Shown: one piece after another, positions 9,138 through 18,259 of the stretch
How the letters are laid out: each line of letters begins with the position of its first letter
Position numbering within the stretch: the first letter of the stretch is position 1
Assembly (NCBI GenBank): GCA_046290225.1
Contig: JBKAGE010000054.1
Location: forward strand, 1 to 64,000
Direction: 5' to 3'
DNA: 64,000 bases
Source of the DNA: Bradymonadia bacterium
GTDB lineage: Bacteria; Myxococcota_A; Bradymonadia; UBA7976; UBA1532
Program-made: the position numbers and the translations under genes
Notes under the pieces: generated by a model
The model's input: only the letters and a program-made list of their open reading frames with translations
The model's database searches: none
What the model was told of the DNA's origin: nothing

Positions 9138-9776
9138 TCAGGGCCGCCGGGCGGGGTCGATGCCCAGCCGCTTCATCTCTACGGCGGCTTTGAACAAGTA
9201 ATCGTAACACTCAGCCTGGGTTTTGGCCTGCACCCAATCACGGCCCCACACATAGACCCCGTGACGACGCACGAGCACGGCGTTCGACGCAGGCCAGGCC
9301 TCGATGGCGGCGGCCATGTCGTCGGCGAGATCGCACTCGTGGGCGGTGTTGTCGATGATGGGCACCGCGAGATCGTCGTGGTATCCGGTACCAGCGATGC
9401 CCTTCATCATCTCGAGGTGGGTGACCCGGAAGGCGTCCTCGTAGATCAAGGTGGCGAGCATGGCGTTGATGCTGTGGCTGTGGATCACCGCCCCAGCGTC
9501 GCGGATGCGGTAGGCGTTGAAGAAGAGCGGCGCACAGGCGCTCAGCTTCAAGCCATCACTCTTCGGGCCCTCGAGCACGTTGCCGGTGTCATCGAGCACG
9601 TAGATGTCGTCGGGATCGATGCGCTCTTTCTGCACACCGCTTGGGGCCATGTAGACCTTGCCCTCCTGACGGATGCTGATGCCCCCACCGGTGCCGGAGA
9701 CCCAGCCCTGGTGATAGAACTGCTGACAGAGCTCGACGATGAGGGCCCGGGGGTCCTCGGCGGTGTGGCGCGTCAT
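9138..9776 (-). CDS. mtnB: Methylthioribulose-1-phosphate dehydratase (APIP/Mde1-type)
   Basis: GWVSGTGGGISIR, APSGVQKERI, AVIHSHS, VLVRRHGVYVWG, ECYDYLF. Confidence 0.95.
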   Translation of the reverse strand: MTRHTAEDPRALIVELCQQFYHQGWVSGTGGGISIRQEGKVYMAPSGVQKERIDPDDIYVLDDTGNVLEGPKSDGLKLSACAPLFFNAYRIRDAGAVIHSHSINAMLATLIYEDAFRVTHLEMMKGIAGTGYHDDLAVPIIDNTAHECDLADDMAAAIEAWPASNAVLVRRHGVYVWGRDWVQAKTQAECYDYLFKAAVEMKRLGIDPARRP

Positions 9777-9816
9777 GGCCTGACCTCTACCCAATCCAGT
9801 GATTCAAGGCCCGGGA

Positions 9817-10311
9817 TTATACCCCTGGGGAAGTTTTGCGGTAGCCCTCGATGAGCAGGGGCTCGAAGCCTGCCTTCGACCAGAACGCCGAAGCAGAGGC
9901 GTTCGCCGGGTCGTGGCAGACCTGCATCCATTCGATGCCTCGGGCCTCGAAGAGGACGCGGGCGCTCTCGAAGAGCGCCTGACCGACGCCGTGTCGGCGG
10001 GCCTGAGGGCTCACGAACAGATCGAGAATCATGCCCACCCGACGCACGACGTACCATGGGGGACGCAGACCCTCTCGGGCGATCAGATAGCCCGCCATCC
10101 GTCCGTCGAGCTCAGCGATCTGCACCAACGCCCGAGGATCGAAGAGGTGCCGCCGGGTGGCCTGCTCGAAGGCCTCGCCCCCCTGCTCGCTCAGAGCATA
10201 CAGCGGGCCATTGAGGGCTTGATGGGTCTCCACGAGCCCCCGCCAGCAGTCGATGATCGACGGCAGATCTTCGACGGTGGCAGCTCTGAGGGTCAGGTTG
10301 GGCGGTGTCAT
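9817..10311 (-). CDS. GNAT family N-acetyltransferase
   Basis: LRAATVEDL start, LFVSPQARRHGVG acetyl-CoA motif A, NASASAFWSKAGF motif B. Confidence 0.85.
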   Translation of the reverse strand: MTPPNLTLRAATVEDLPSIIDCWRGLVETHQALNGPLYALSEQGGEAFEQATRRHLFDPRALVQIAELDGRMAGYLIAREGLRPPWYVVRRVGMILDLFVSPQARRHGVGQALFESARVLFEARGIEWMQVCHDPANASASAFWSKAGFEPLLIEGYRKTSPGV

Positions 10312-10396
10312 ATGTTGGGCAAGGTCATGTGTCGAGCAGAACCACGAAGGGTTGAGGGCATCTTGCTCATCGAACCCCAACATCTGGAGCACGCTC

Positions 10397-10681
10397 ATGG
10401 CTCAAGCGCGATGGCACGGCGCGATCATCGCCGAAGATCCCGACACCGTGATGGTGGAGGGCAACCACTACTTCTCACCAGAGAGCATCCGTGACGGGGT
10501 GCTGCAGCCCAGCGAGCATACCTCATATTGTGGTTGGAAGGGCACGGCCCGTTACTTCCACGTCGTCGTGGAAGGCCAACGGCTGGAGAACGCCGCCTGG
10601 GTCTACCCTGAGCCTCTGGAGAAGGCCGCCCACATCAAGGATCGCCTCGCCTTCTGGAAGGGCGTGGAGGTCACCGGTTGA
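10397..10681 (+). CDS. DUF427 domain protein
   Basis: VEGNHYF, TSYCGWKGTARY, NAAWVYPEP, IKDRLAFW. Confidence 0.88.
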   Translation: MAQARWHGAIIAEDPDTVMVEGNHYFSPESIRDGVLQPSEHTSYCGWKGTARYFHVVVEGQRLENAAWVYPEPLEKAAHIKDRLAFWKGVEVTG

Positions 10682-10723
10682 TCACGCTACCGTCGGGCGA
10701 ATTCGCGATGAAGGAGCCCTGCA

Positions 10724-12337
10724 GTGCGTACTTGGATCAATCACCTCGTCCCCCTCACGTGTAGCCTCGTACTCAGTGCCGGGTGCTCTGGCGACTCAGA
10801 CACCGCGGCCTCAGCTGATGTGTCCGTGCCCGATGCGACGGTCACTGACGCGACGCGCTCTACGGGCGCAGAGCTGCCCGAAGGGGTAGAGCCTGTCGCA
10901 CTCACTGTGGACACCACCGCGCCGTTGACCACCGTCGATCGACGGTATCTGTCCCTGGCCATCGACGCCTCCCAGGTGGTGGGCGGTTACTGGTGGTCCG
11001 AAGCCGATGGGGTCACCCAAGGCCTCGGCAGCGAGCGCGCTGACCCCTTCGACTTCACGCGGCCACGGCTGCGGGCCATGGCCCAGGCCCTGGCGCCGGC
11101 CTACCTGCGCATCGGGGGCACAGAGGCTGACAAGCTCTACTACGACTTCGGCGACAACCCGCCAGATGAGCCCGAGGCCCCCTTCGAGTTCACCCTCACA
11201 GCCGCTCAATGGGCGAGTCTGAACGACTTCACCGCCGCCGTAGGCTACGATCTCATGTTCACGCTCAACGCCGGCCCCGGCACCCGAGACGAGCACGACG
11301 CCTGGACCCCCGACATGGCCCGGGTGCTTCTGGAGCATGCCAAAAGTCGGGGCGATCAGGTGGCGGTGTGGGAGCTCGGGAACGAGATCAACGGCTACCC
11401 CGCCCTGCACATGGGTCTTCGGGTGGATGGCCCGATGTACGCCGCCGACGTCGCCGTGGCGCGCGCCCTCATCGACGAGGTGGATCCGCAGAGCCTGCTG
11501 GCGGGCCCCTCGAGCGCCTTCTGGCCCAAACGCGGTGAGCTGTTGCCCATCATGCCCGAGTTCATGGCCGCCGGCGGCGCAGCCCTCGACCTGGTCACGT
11601 GGCACTACTACCCCCAGCAATCCTACCGCTGCCCGCTGGCGAGTCGCCGGGCCGGCGAAGACGTGTTGCTGGTGCCCGAGCACCTCGCGGAGATCGACAT
11701 CTGGGCCGAAGAGGTCGAAGGGCTCACCACAGAGCACGCCCCTGAGGCCCGGGTCTGGCTCGGCGAGACGGGCAACGCCCAGTGTGGCGGCGAGCCTGGA
11801 GTCTCGAACACTTTCGTCTCGGGCTTCTGGTGGCTCGATCAGCTCGGCCGTATGGCCCGACGCGGACAGCAAGTGATGGTGCGTCAGACGCTGAGCGGCT
11901 CTGAGTACGGATTGCTCAAAGACGCAGACCTGTCGCCCCGACCCGACTTCTGGACCTCGGTGCTGTTCAAGCGCTTGATGGGCCCTGAGGTGTTGCAGGT
12001 GCAGGTCCCCGAGACGCCGACCCTGCAGGTGTACGCCCATTGCACGCCCAACGCCCCGGGCTCGGTGACCTTCGCCTGGGTGAACGTCGACGAGACCCGC
12101 ACCTTCCGTCTCGTGGGCCCCGAAGGTCTCGAGGCCGATGCCACTCTACAGATGTACGTACTCTCGGCGCCGAGCCTCGCCTCGCCCACGGTGCAGCTCA
12201 ACGGCACCGAATTGAAGTGGCCCGACGACAACAGCGTCCCCGCCTTGAGTCCAGTGACGGGATCTGCCGATCTCCCCCCACGGACCTACGGATTCGCGGT
12301 CTGGCCCGAGGCCAACGCCGCTGCATGTCAGGAGTGA
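10724..12337 (+). CDS. Glycoside hydrolase family 79 (heparanase/beta-glucuronidase-like) lipoprotein
   Basis: Lipobox SAGC; PAYLRIGGT, WELGNE (acid/base), VTWHYY, VWLGETG (nucleophile), GFWWLDQLG, PRPDFW; AAGGAG RBS. Confidence 0.88.
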   Translation: MRTWINHLVPLTCSLVLSAGCSGDSDTAASADVSVPDATVTDATRSTGAELPEGVEPVALTVDTTAPLTTVDRRYLSLAIDASQVVGGYWWSEADGVTQGLGSERADPFDFTRPRLRAMAQALAPAYLRIGGTEADKLYYDFGDNPPDEPEAPFEFTLTAAQWASLNDFTAAVGYDLMFTLNAGPGTRDEHDAWTPDMARVLLEHAKSRGDQVAVWELGNEINGYPALHMGLRVDGPMYAADVAVARALIDEVDPQSLLAGPSSAFWPKRGELLPIMPEFMAAGGAALDLVTWHYYPQQSYRCPLASRRAGEDVLLVPEHLAEIDIWAEEVEGLTTEHAPEARVWLGETGNAQCGGEPGVSNTFVSGFWWLDQLGRMARRGQQVMVRQTLSGSEYGLLKDADLSPRPDFWTSVLFKRLMGPEVLQVQVPETPTLQVYAHCTPNAPGSVTFAWVNVDETRTFRLVGPEGLEADATLQMYVLSAPSLASPTVQLNGTELKWPDDNSVPALSPVTGSADLPPRTYGFAVWPEANAAACQE

Positions 12338-12338
12338 C

Positions 12339-12869
12339 GTGATGCAACAGTTGTCGTGGGCGCTGGCCCTCATCTGCCTCTGCGCCAGCACCAGCTGGAG
12401 CCAGCCCGCCTCTCAGCCAGGCTCTCAGCCCACAGCAAAGGGCCGGACGATGATGAAACGACCTGCGCCCCCCATCGAGTATGTAGATGGGCCCTCCATC
12501 GAGCCGGAGACGCTGAAAGCATGGCTCGAGAAAGAGGTGAAGCCCTCTCAACAGATCAAGCTGCCCATCGTGATCACCCTCGAAGTGCTCGGTGTACGCT
12601 CCGCCATGGTGAGCGGTGATCCATCAGGGGCGAGCAAGGGGATGCCCATCAAGCTCGACGACTCCACCATGGGCATCTCATTGATGGATCACCTGCGCTC
12701 GAAGTGTCCGAAGGATGCCAAAGTGTGCGGGATATGGATCGAAGGACTCTGGGGCGGGCTCATGGCAGGCCTGAGCGCCGACCCTTCATCGACGTTGGTG
12801 ATTCGCAAGGTGGGTGATGTATTCACCGCCCCCCTGCCCAAACCAGTGAAGGCACAGATCGAGAAATAG
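12339..12869 (+). CDS. Secreted hypothetical protein
   Basis: Signal peptide followed by SQPASQP repeats; starts 1 nt after the GH79 stop. Confidence 0.6.
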   Translation: MMQQLSWALALICLCASTSWSQPASQPGSQPTAKGRTMMKRPAPPIEYVDGPSIEPETLKAWLEKEVKPSQQIKLPIVITLEVLGVRSAMVSGDPSGASKGMPIKLDDSTMGISLMDHLRSKCPKDAKVCGIWIEGLWGGLMAGLSADPSSTLVIRKVGDVFTAPLPKPVKAQIEK

Positions 12870-12885
12870 AGCGCCCTGTGTGTGT

Positions 12886-13869
12886 TCAGGCATCCTCGGA
12901 GATGTCTGGTCGGTGTGTCAGGTCGAGTGGGTAGATGTTCTGCCCCATATAAAACTCTACCTTCTGCACCCCCTCACGGGGCAGGTTCTTCCGCTTGTTC
13001 TCTTCCAAGACTGCGTACCAGACTCGGTTCACCTGCTCTCGAAAATCAGCCAGAATGCCTGTCACATCTTCATAGTGAACGTGCCCTTCGAATACATTGA
13101 AGGAGATCGTGGACATTCCAGTGCTCTGGTCTGTCGGCTTGCTGCTGATGTTGTGAAGCCGAGTGATCATTGTTCTGATCACAGTACCATAGTGCTCGAA
13201 CATAGAAGCATAGAATCCCTCTACAGAGCCGACGGGGATATAGCACTCTCGGCAGGTGTAAGCGTCCTGGGCCTCGAGGTAGGATGCTTTGTTCTGCTCG
13301 ACCAGCGATGCAATGATCTGCTCAGCGAGCTCTATCGGTAAGTGCAAGTCCTCGCTGATCTCCGACGTCTTCATCGGGCCATGCCTGTAGACATGAGCCC
13401 ATACAAGCAGGCTCTCCTCTTCACAGAGTGTGTGAAAGAAGGACGATGTCTTCGAGGTCTCGGTATAACCTTTGTCAGTCTTCGCGATGACGTTGTTGGC
13501 GATGAGATCGTTGAGTATGGAGATGATCTGCCCCTCATCATACTGCAGAAAATTATCAATGATTTCCTGACGCCCACAGCCCTCGCTGTGATGGATGTAC
13601 CCGATGACGGACATCCAGATGGTCTTCTCGTCCGGTTTGAACTCCCTGATGCGATGTACCCGCCGTTGGAAGGTCCGCGTGGACATACCGAACATGTCGG
13701 CGATGACTTTGCGGGTAATGCCCTTCTGTTCGAGGTGCGCCGAGATGTCCATGAAGAGGAGATCGAAGATGTCAGAAAGCGGGGTTCTTGCACCATTCAT
13801 CGTGCTGACCTCAGCGAGCAGCACCGCTGTACTGTGAATGATTTGTTCAATCAGCACTTTTTGGATCAT
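12886..13869 (-). CDS. Putative multi-HTH DNA-binding protein (uncharacterised)
   Basis: HTH-like RKVIADMFGMSTRTFQRR plus two winged-helix-like segments (RQEII..ILNDLIANNVIAK; TSEISEDLHLP..IIASLVEQ); visibly lower GC than the flanks. Confidence 0.65.
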   Translation of the reverse strand: MIQKVLIEQIIHSTAVLLAEVSTMNGARTPLSDIFDLLFMDISAHLEQKGITRKVIADMFGMSTRTFQRRVHRIREFKPDEKTIWMSVIGYIHHSEGCGRQEIIDNFLQYDEGQIISILNDLIANNVIAKTDKGYTETSKTSSFFHTLCEEESLLVWAHVYRHGPMKTSEISEDLHLPIELAEQIIASLVEQNKASYLEAQDAYTCRECYIPVGSVEGFYASMFEHYGTVIRTMITRLHNISSKPTDQSTGMSTISFNVFEGHVHYEDVTGILADFREQVNRVWYAVLEENKRKNLPREGVQKVEFYMGQNIYPLDLTHRPDISEDA

Positions 13870-13939
13870 ATCGCCTGTTCACCTCTGAGCCCGTTGAGGT
13901 TCTGGGGGATGTAAGAACTCCGTCCCTCGGCAGTATAGG

Positions 13940-13983
13940 ACCATATCCAAACAAAAGAGGGCGTCAAAATTGACGCCCTCTTT
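13940..13983 (-). promoter_or_regulatory. 14-bp-arm palindrome (core GCGTCA-N4-TGACGC) overlapping a sigma-70-like promoter of the HTH gene
   Basis: AAAGAGGGCGTCAA-AA-TTGACGCCCTCTTT at 13954-13983; minus-strand TTGACG(13967-13962)-N16-TATGGT(13945-13940). Confidence 0.6.
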
Positions 13984-14142
13984 GTCATTCATGCCCAACC
14001 TTGTGGCCCCAGCGCAGGTAAAAGCTGACCTCCAATGACCTCACACGCCTAAAAACATTAGTAATTACCTCAAGCAGGCACAGCAAAGCAGATGGATATT
14101 TCGACGCTTGGGGTTCAGGTCGAATCAACACATCATGAAGGG

Positions 14143-14158
14143 GCGTCATTTTTGACGC
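14143..14158. promoter_or_regulatory. Second GCGTCA-N4-TGACGC palindrome (putative operator)
   Basis: GCGTCATTTTTGACGC, same core and spacing as 13961-13976. Confidence 0.6.
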
Positions 14159-14265
14159 TACCTACATTTATTTACATCAGCGTATGTTTCTACAACCAAG
14201 CAACATCTGTAGGCCCCAGTGAGGGTTCGAGCCCTCGCTTTTCTGTTGTACCGAAAGGACTCGAC

Positions 14266-17200
14266 ATGGCCCTGAAACAGTTCTCCATCGCATGTGCAGG
14301 CCTGGCGACGCTGGCGCTGTGCAACACAGCAACGGCGCAGACGCCGGCGAACTGCGCAGGCATCCTCGCCGCAGGGCAGAGCGTCGGTGATGGTGTGTAT
14401 GCCATCGACCCCGACGGCCCTGGCGGTGATGCGCCCTTCAATGCGTACTGTGACATGACCACCGACGGCGGTGGCTGGACGCTGGTGGGCAACCTGTTCA
14501 ACCGGTGGGCCCAGACCCCTGCTCCAGGCCCCTTCTTCACACAGGACATCACTCAAGCTCAGGGCGGCTGGTCAGCGAACAACGGCAACGGCACCACCAT
14601 CACACCGGCTCAGCCCGGTGTCTTGAAGGTGGATGACTGGGACACGCCCACAGAGATTCGCTATCAGATGGTGGAGCGCGCCAACGGCACAGTGCGCAAC
14701 CAGGTCCTCATCGACGACGCGGCCTCCATCACCCACGTCACGGGTCAGTTCAACGTGGAGCGTGATGCACGCAACGGCTCGGCAACGGGCTTCTCCACGC
14801 CCTTCAACCAGGACCTCACCTTCTACTACGCCAGTGATTACGAGCACACCTGGCATTACTGGGGCGGCATCATGGGCCGCAGCCGCAAGCGCAACGGCTG
14901 GCAAATCGGCCTCTCCGTGAACCAGGCCGACGGCATCAACGGTTACAACAACATCAACGACGACCAGAACCGCGGCCACCTCAACATCGGCGTCGGCGGC
15001 GATCCTCAGGACAACCGCGACATCACGGGCTATTGGGCCGGCCTCTGTGAGAACCAGGGCTGTAACGAGCAGTGGGCCGCCAACCTCGGCTCGGCCACGG
15101 CCTCGTTCCGTATCTGGTACCGCGGCATCGAAGACAGTGATGGTGACGGCATCAACGATGACGTCGACAACTGCCCCAACCACGCCAATGCAGATCAGTC
15201 CAACACCGACGGTGATGCCACCGGTGATGTGTGCGACGCGTGCCCGAACGACGGCACCAACGACGCGGACAACGACGGTGTCTGCCAGGACGTGGACAAC
15301 TGCCCCACCGTCTCCAACGCGGACCAGCTCGACGACAATGGTGATGGCTATGGCGATGCCTGTGTGAGCACCGCCGCCAACATCGACCCCACGGCCACCC
15401 TGGGCAACGACATCATCATCGGCCCCAACGCGGTCATCGGCAGCTACGCCAACATCGGCGACGGCGCCAACATCGGCGGCACCGTAGGCAGCAGCGTCGC
15501 CATCGGTGCGGGCTCGGTGGTCCCCGAGGGTGCCTCTGTGGGGAACGCCGCTCGCATTGGGGCCAACGTGGGCCTCGGCGCTGGCTGCTCAGTGGGGGTG
15601 CTCGCCCGCCTGGCCGACAACATCACCGCGGGTACGAACTGCTTCTTCGGCAGCAAGGCCAACATTGGCACCAACACCAGCTTCGGCAACAACACCAGCG
15701 TCGGTATCCTCGCCGTGGTCAGCGATGGTTCGAGCTTTGCCGACGACGCGACGCTGGGGAACAACAGCCAGCTGGGCGCCAGTGCAGATCTACTCGCCGG
15801 AGCCACCATCGGCAGCAACACCACCATCGGCCACACCCTCAGCCTCGGTGCCGGGGCGAGCATCGAAGGCAACACGGTCATCGGTGACGAGGCCATCATC
15901 GGCGCCGGCGGCATCGTGCGCAGCTACGTGACCATCGGCAACAGCCTGGCCATGGGTGCTGGCGCTGAGTTCGCATCTGGCGCCGCAGCTGGTGACGACG
16001 CCACCGTCGGTGAGAACACCGAGATCCGTGGCGAGATCGGCAACAGCGTCACTCTGGAAGACCGGGTGTTCATCGGCAACCAGAGCGCAGTGGGCGACAA
16101 CGGCCACCTGCACCACGATGTGAGCCTGGGCATCTTCGTCACCGTGGGCTCCGGCGTCACCGTGAACGACGACAGCGCCCTCTATGATGGTGTCACTCTC
16201 GGCGACGACAGCACCGTCGGTGAGCGCTGCACCATCCTCTTCCGCAGCGCCGTCGGTGCCCGTGCCAGTATCGGTGACGATGCCATCGTCGATGAACAGA
16301 TCACCATCGGTGACGACTTCACCTTGGGCAACAACAGCCGTCTGTGGCCCCGAAGCACCTATGGCAACACCGTCAACGTTGGCGCCAACGTCCTCATCCG
16401 CGACACTGCTGATGTCGGCGACGATGTCACCATCGAGGATGGCGTCGTCATCTTCCCCGAGACCACCATCGGAGAGCAGACCACCATCCGCCAGGACGTG
16501 GAGCTCGGTGTGGAGAACTGTGCCAACCGTGTGTGCGGCCAGGTCACCATCGACGGCTGCATGGACATCAACGCCGACGTCGCCCCCCAGGAGCACCGTG
16601 GTGGAGGCTGCGCCGGTGACGGCTCGACTGAGCAGAACCCCATCAGCGGCTGTGGTGACATCAACGTCAGCGGTACTTACTGGATCGACCTCGACGCCGG
16701 TGGCCCGATGCCAGCGCTTCAGGCCTACTGCGACATGGATCGCGATGGGGGCAACTGGATGTTGTTGTCGAACTACCTCTACAACCCCAACGGCTGGGAC
16801 TACGACAACTGGGCAGCTTGGGCGGACTACATCAACGACAACTTCTACGATCTGGAGTTCCGCGTAGAGGCCGAGACTGATCAGGGTCGCTTCTACCGCC
16901 AGTTCAACCGCCCCACGAACATCAATGGTCAAACCACATACGGTGACGCCTACTACGGCGAGTGCAAGCAGGCAGTCGGCGATGAGTATGCAGGGAACGA
17001 CTGGGTCCTCGGCCCCGACGGCCGCATGAACATCTGCTACCAGCACCGTTGCGCCAGCAACCACAACATGCAGTGGACCGACAACATCTTCACCGAGTGT
17101 CACCGCAGCCTCACCGCTGATGACGGCAGCCAGTACATCGCCAACATCAACACCTACTACAGCGGCTGGAACGCACGCTGTGGTGGCCTCAACAAGGGTA

Positions 17201-17985
17201 AGGCAGCCCCCAGCCAGTCCGGGTGTGCGACCAACACCCGCTTTACGACGACGGGCCCTGAGGGTCAGTCGGGATACAACTACGGCGCCAGGATCGGCGG
17301 CCTCGTACGCGGCGGCGTCTCCGTTCGCCTCTATGAGGCGCCAATGCCGACGAGCTGCTTGGGCATCCTCAACAACGACGCCAACGCCGCCGATGGCACC
17401 TACACCATCGATCCCGATGGCGACGGGCCCCTCGAAGCGCTGGATGTGTACTGTGACATGACCACGGATGGTGGCGGCTGGACCCTCGTCGGTGTGCGCA
17501 ACCAGACCACCACCAACGTCGCCGAGGGTGTCTGCCGTACCTTCGAGCTCAACACGGTGCCCTACGACCACACCGGTAATACTGTGGGCTGCCTGTCCAA
17601 CGCTGTGCGTACGGCCATCAGCGGGACCCAGATGCTGACCCACTACGACGACAACGGCACCATGGTGAAGGTGGAGATCAACCGCTCTGGTGAGCCCATC
17701 GACTTCTCCATCATGGAGCAGTGCGAGAACACCGACATGAACAGGCCCTACCGGGCCCGTGTCATCGAGCCCTACGTCACAGAATATTCGGATCAGGTCA
17801 CCGACTCGAACTGTGACAACATCTGGGGGGCATCCAACTACCGTCCGATCCTCCGCTTCAACAGCAACGTCCTCGTTTGGGACGTGTATCGGTTCGATAC
17901 GCGGAACAACCAGTACATCCACGGCACCTCTGTCGAAGGGAATCGCGTACTGCGCCCCCTTGCCGTGAGCCTCTTCGCCCGCTGA
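14266..17985 (+). CDS. Large secreted protein: fibrinogen-related modules, TSP3 Ca-binding repeats, long hexapeptide (LbH) repeat region
   Basis: AAAGGA RBS; signal peptide MALKQFSIACAGLATLALCNTATA; three YCDMxxDGGxW motifs; DSDGDGINDDVDNCP repeats; about 400 aa of [LIV]GxxxxI hexapeptides. Confidence 0.85.
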   Translation: MALKQFSIACAGLATLALCNTATAQTPANCAGILAAGQSVGDGVYAIDPDGPGGDAPFNAYCDMTTDGGGWTLVGNLFNRWAQTPAPGPFFTQDITQAQGGWSANNGNGTTITPAQPGVLKVDDWDTPTEIRYQMVERANGTVRNQVLIDDAASITHVTGQFNVERDARNGSATGFSTPFNQDLTFYYASDYEHTWHYWGGIMGRSRKRNGWQIGLSVNQADGINGYNNINDDQNRGHLNIGVGGDPQDNRDITGYWAGLCENQGCNEQWAANLGSATASFRIWYRGIEDSDGDGINDDVDNCPNHANADQSNTDGDATGDVCDACPNDGTNDADNDGVCQDVDNCPTVSNADQLDDNGDGYGDACVSTAANIDPTATLGNDIIIGPNAVIGSYANIGDGANIGGTVGSSVAIGAGSVVPEGASVGNAARIGANVGLGAGCSVGVLARLADNITAGTNCFFGSKANIGTNTSFGNNTSVGILAVVSDGSSFADDATLGNNSQLGASADLLAGATIGSNTTIGHTLSLGAGASIEGNTVIGDEAIIGAGGIVRSYVTIGNSLAMGAGAEFASGAAAGDDATVGENTEIRGEIGNSVTLEDRVFIGNQSAVGDNGHLHHDVSLGIFVTVGSGVTVNDDSALYDGVTLGDDSTVGERCTILFRSAVGARASIGDDAIVDEQITIGDDFTLGNNSRLWPRSTYGNTVNVGANVLIRDTADVGDDVTIEDGVVIFPETTIGEQTTIRQDVELGVENCANRVCGQVTIDGCMDINADVAPQEHRGGGCAGDGSTEQNPISGCGDINVSGTYWIDLDAGGPMPALQAYCDMDRDGGNWMLLSNYLYNPNGWDYDNWAAWADYINDNFYDLEFRVEAETDQGRFYRQFNRPTNINGQTTYGDAYYGECKQAVGDEYAGNDWVLGPDGRMNICYQHRCASNHNMQWTDNIFTECHRSLTADDGSQYIANINTYYSGWNARCGGLNKGKAAPSQSGCATNTRFTTTGPEGQSGYNYGARIGGLVRGGVSVRLYEAPMPTSCLGILNNDANAADGTYTIDPDGDGPLEALDVYCDMTTDGGGWTLVGVRNQTTTNVAEGVCRTFELNTVPYDHTGNTVGCLSNAVRTAISGTQMLTHYDDNGTMVKVEINRSGEPIDFSIMEQCENTDMNRPYRARVIEPYVTEYSDQVTDSNCDNIWGASNYRPILRFNSNVLVWDVYRFDTRNNQYIHGTSVEGNRVLRPLAVSLFAR

Positions 17986-18119
17986 GCGGAGCCTCTCACC
18001 GGAGATCCTCCTCTGGCCCCGCCTTGACACCACTTACAGCCCCACCATACTGCTCTGGCGTCATCACCCACTGGGAGGGCCAGATCATGCACCTCACTGT
18101 CACCGGGACTGAAACCACG

Positions 18120-18147
18120 ACCCTGTAGAGCAACCGCTCCACAGGGT
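18120..18147. other. Intergenic stem-loop
   Basis: ACCCTGTAGAGC-AACC-GCTCCACAGGGT, 12-bp stem with one mismatch, no U-tract. Confidence 0.4.
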
Positions 18148-18259
18148 CTGGATGGCCACAGCAGCGCCGAGCTGCACCGGCCCGTGTCGTCGTCTTCGCT
18201 GCCCTTGCAGCACACCAGATACGTACGTCAGTTCCGAACATAGACAGTGAGTCGAACAC

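Noticed and set aside
14221..14236. GAGGGTTCGAGCCCTC resembling a tRNA T-arm or att remnant
   Set aside because: The loop is 6 nt rather than 7, and there is no D-arm, anticodon arm or acceptor stem
18152..18168. GG-N10-GC upstream of the RbfA-like gene as a sigma-54 promoter
   Set aside because: The -12 element (GCGC) is poor; a chance match is likely at this GC content
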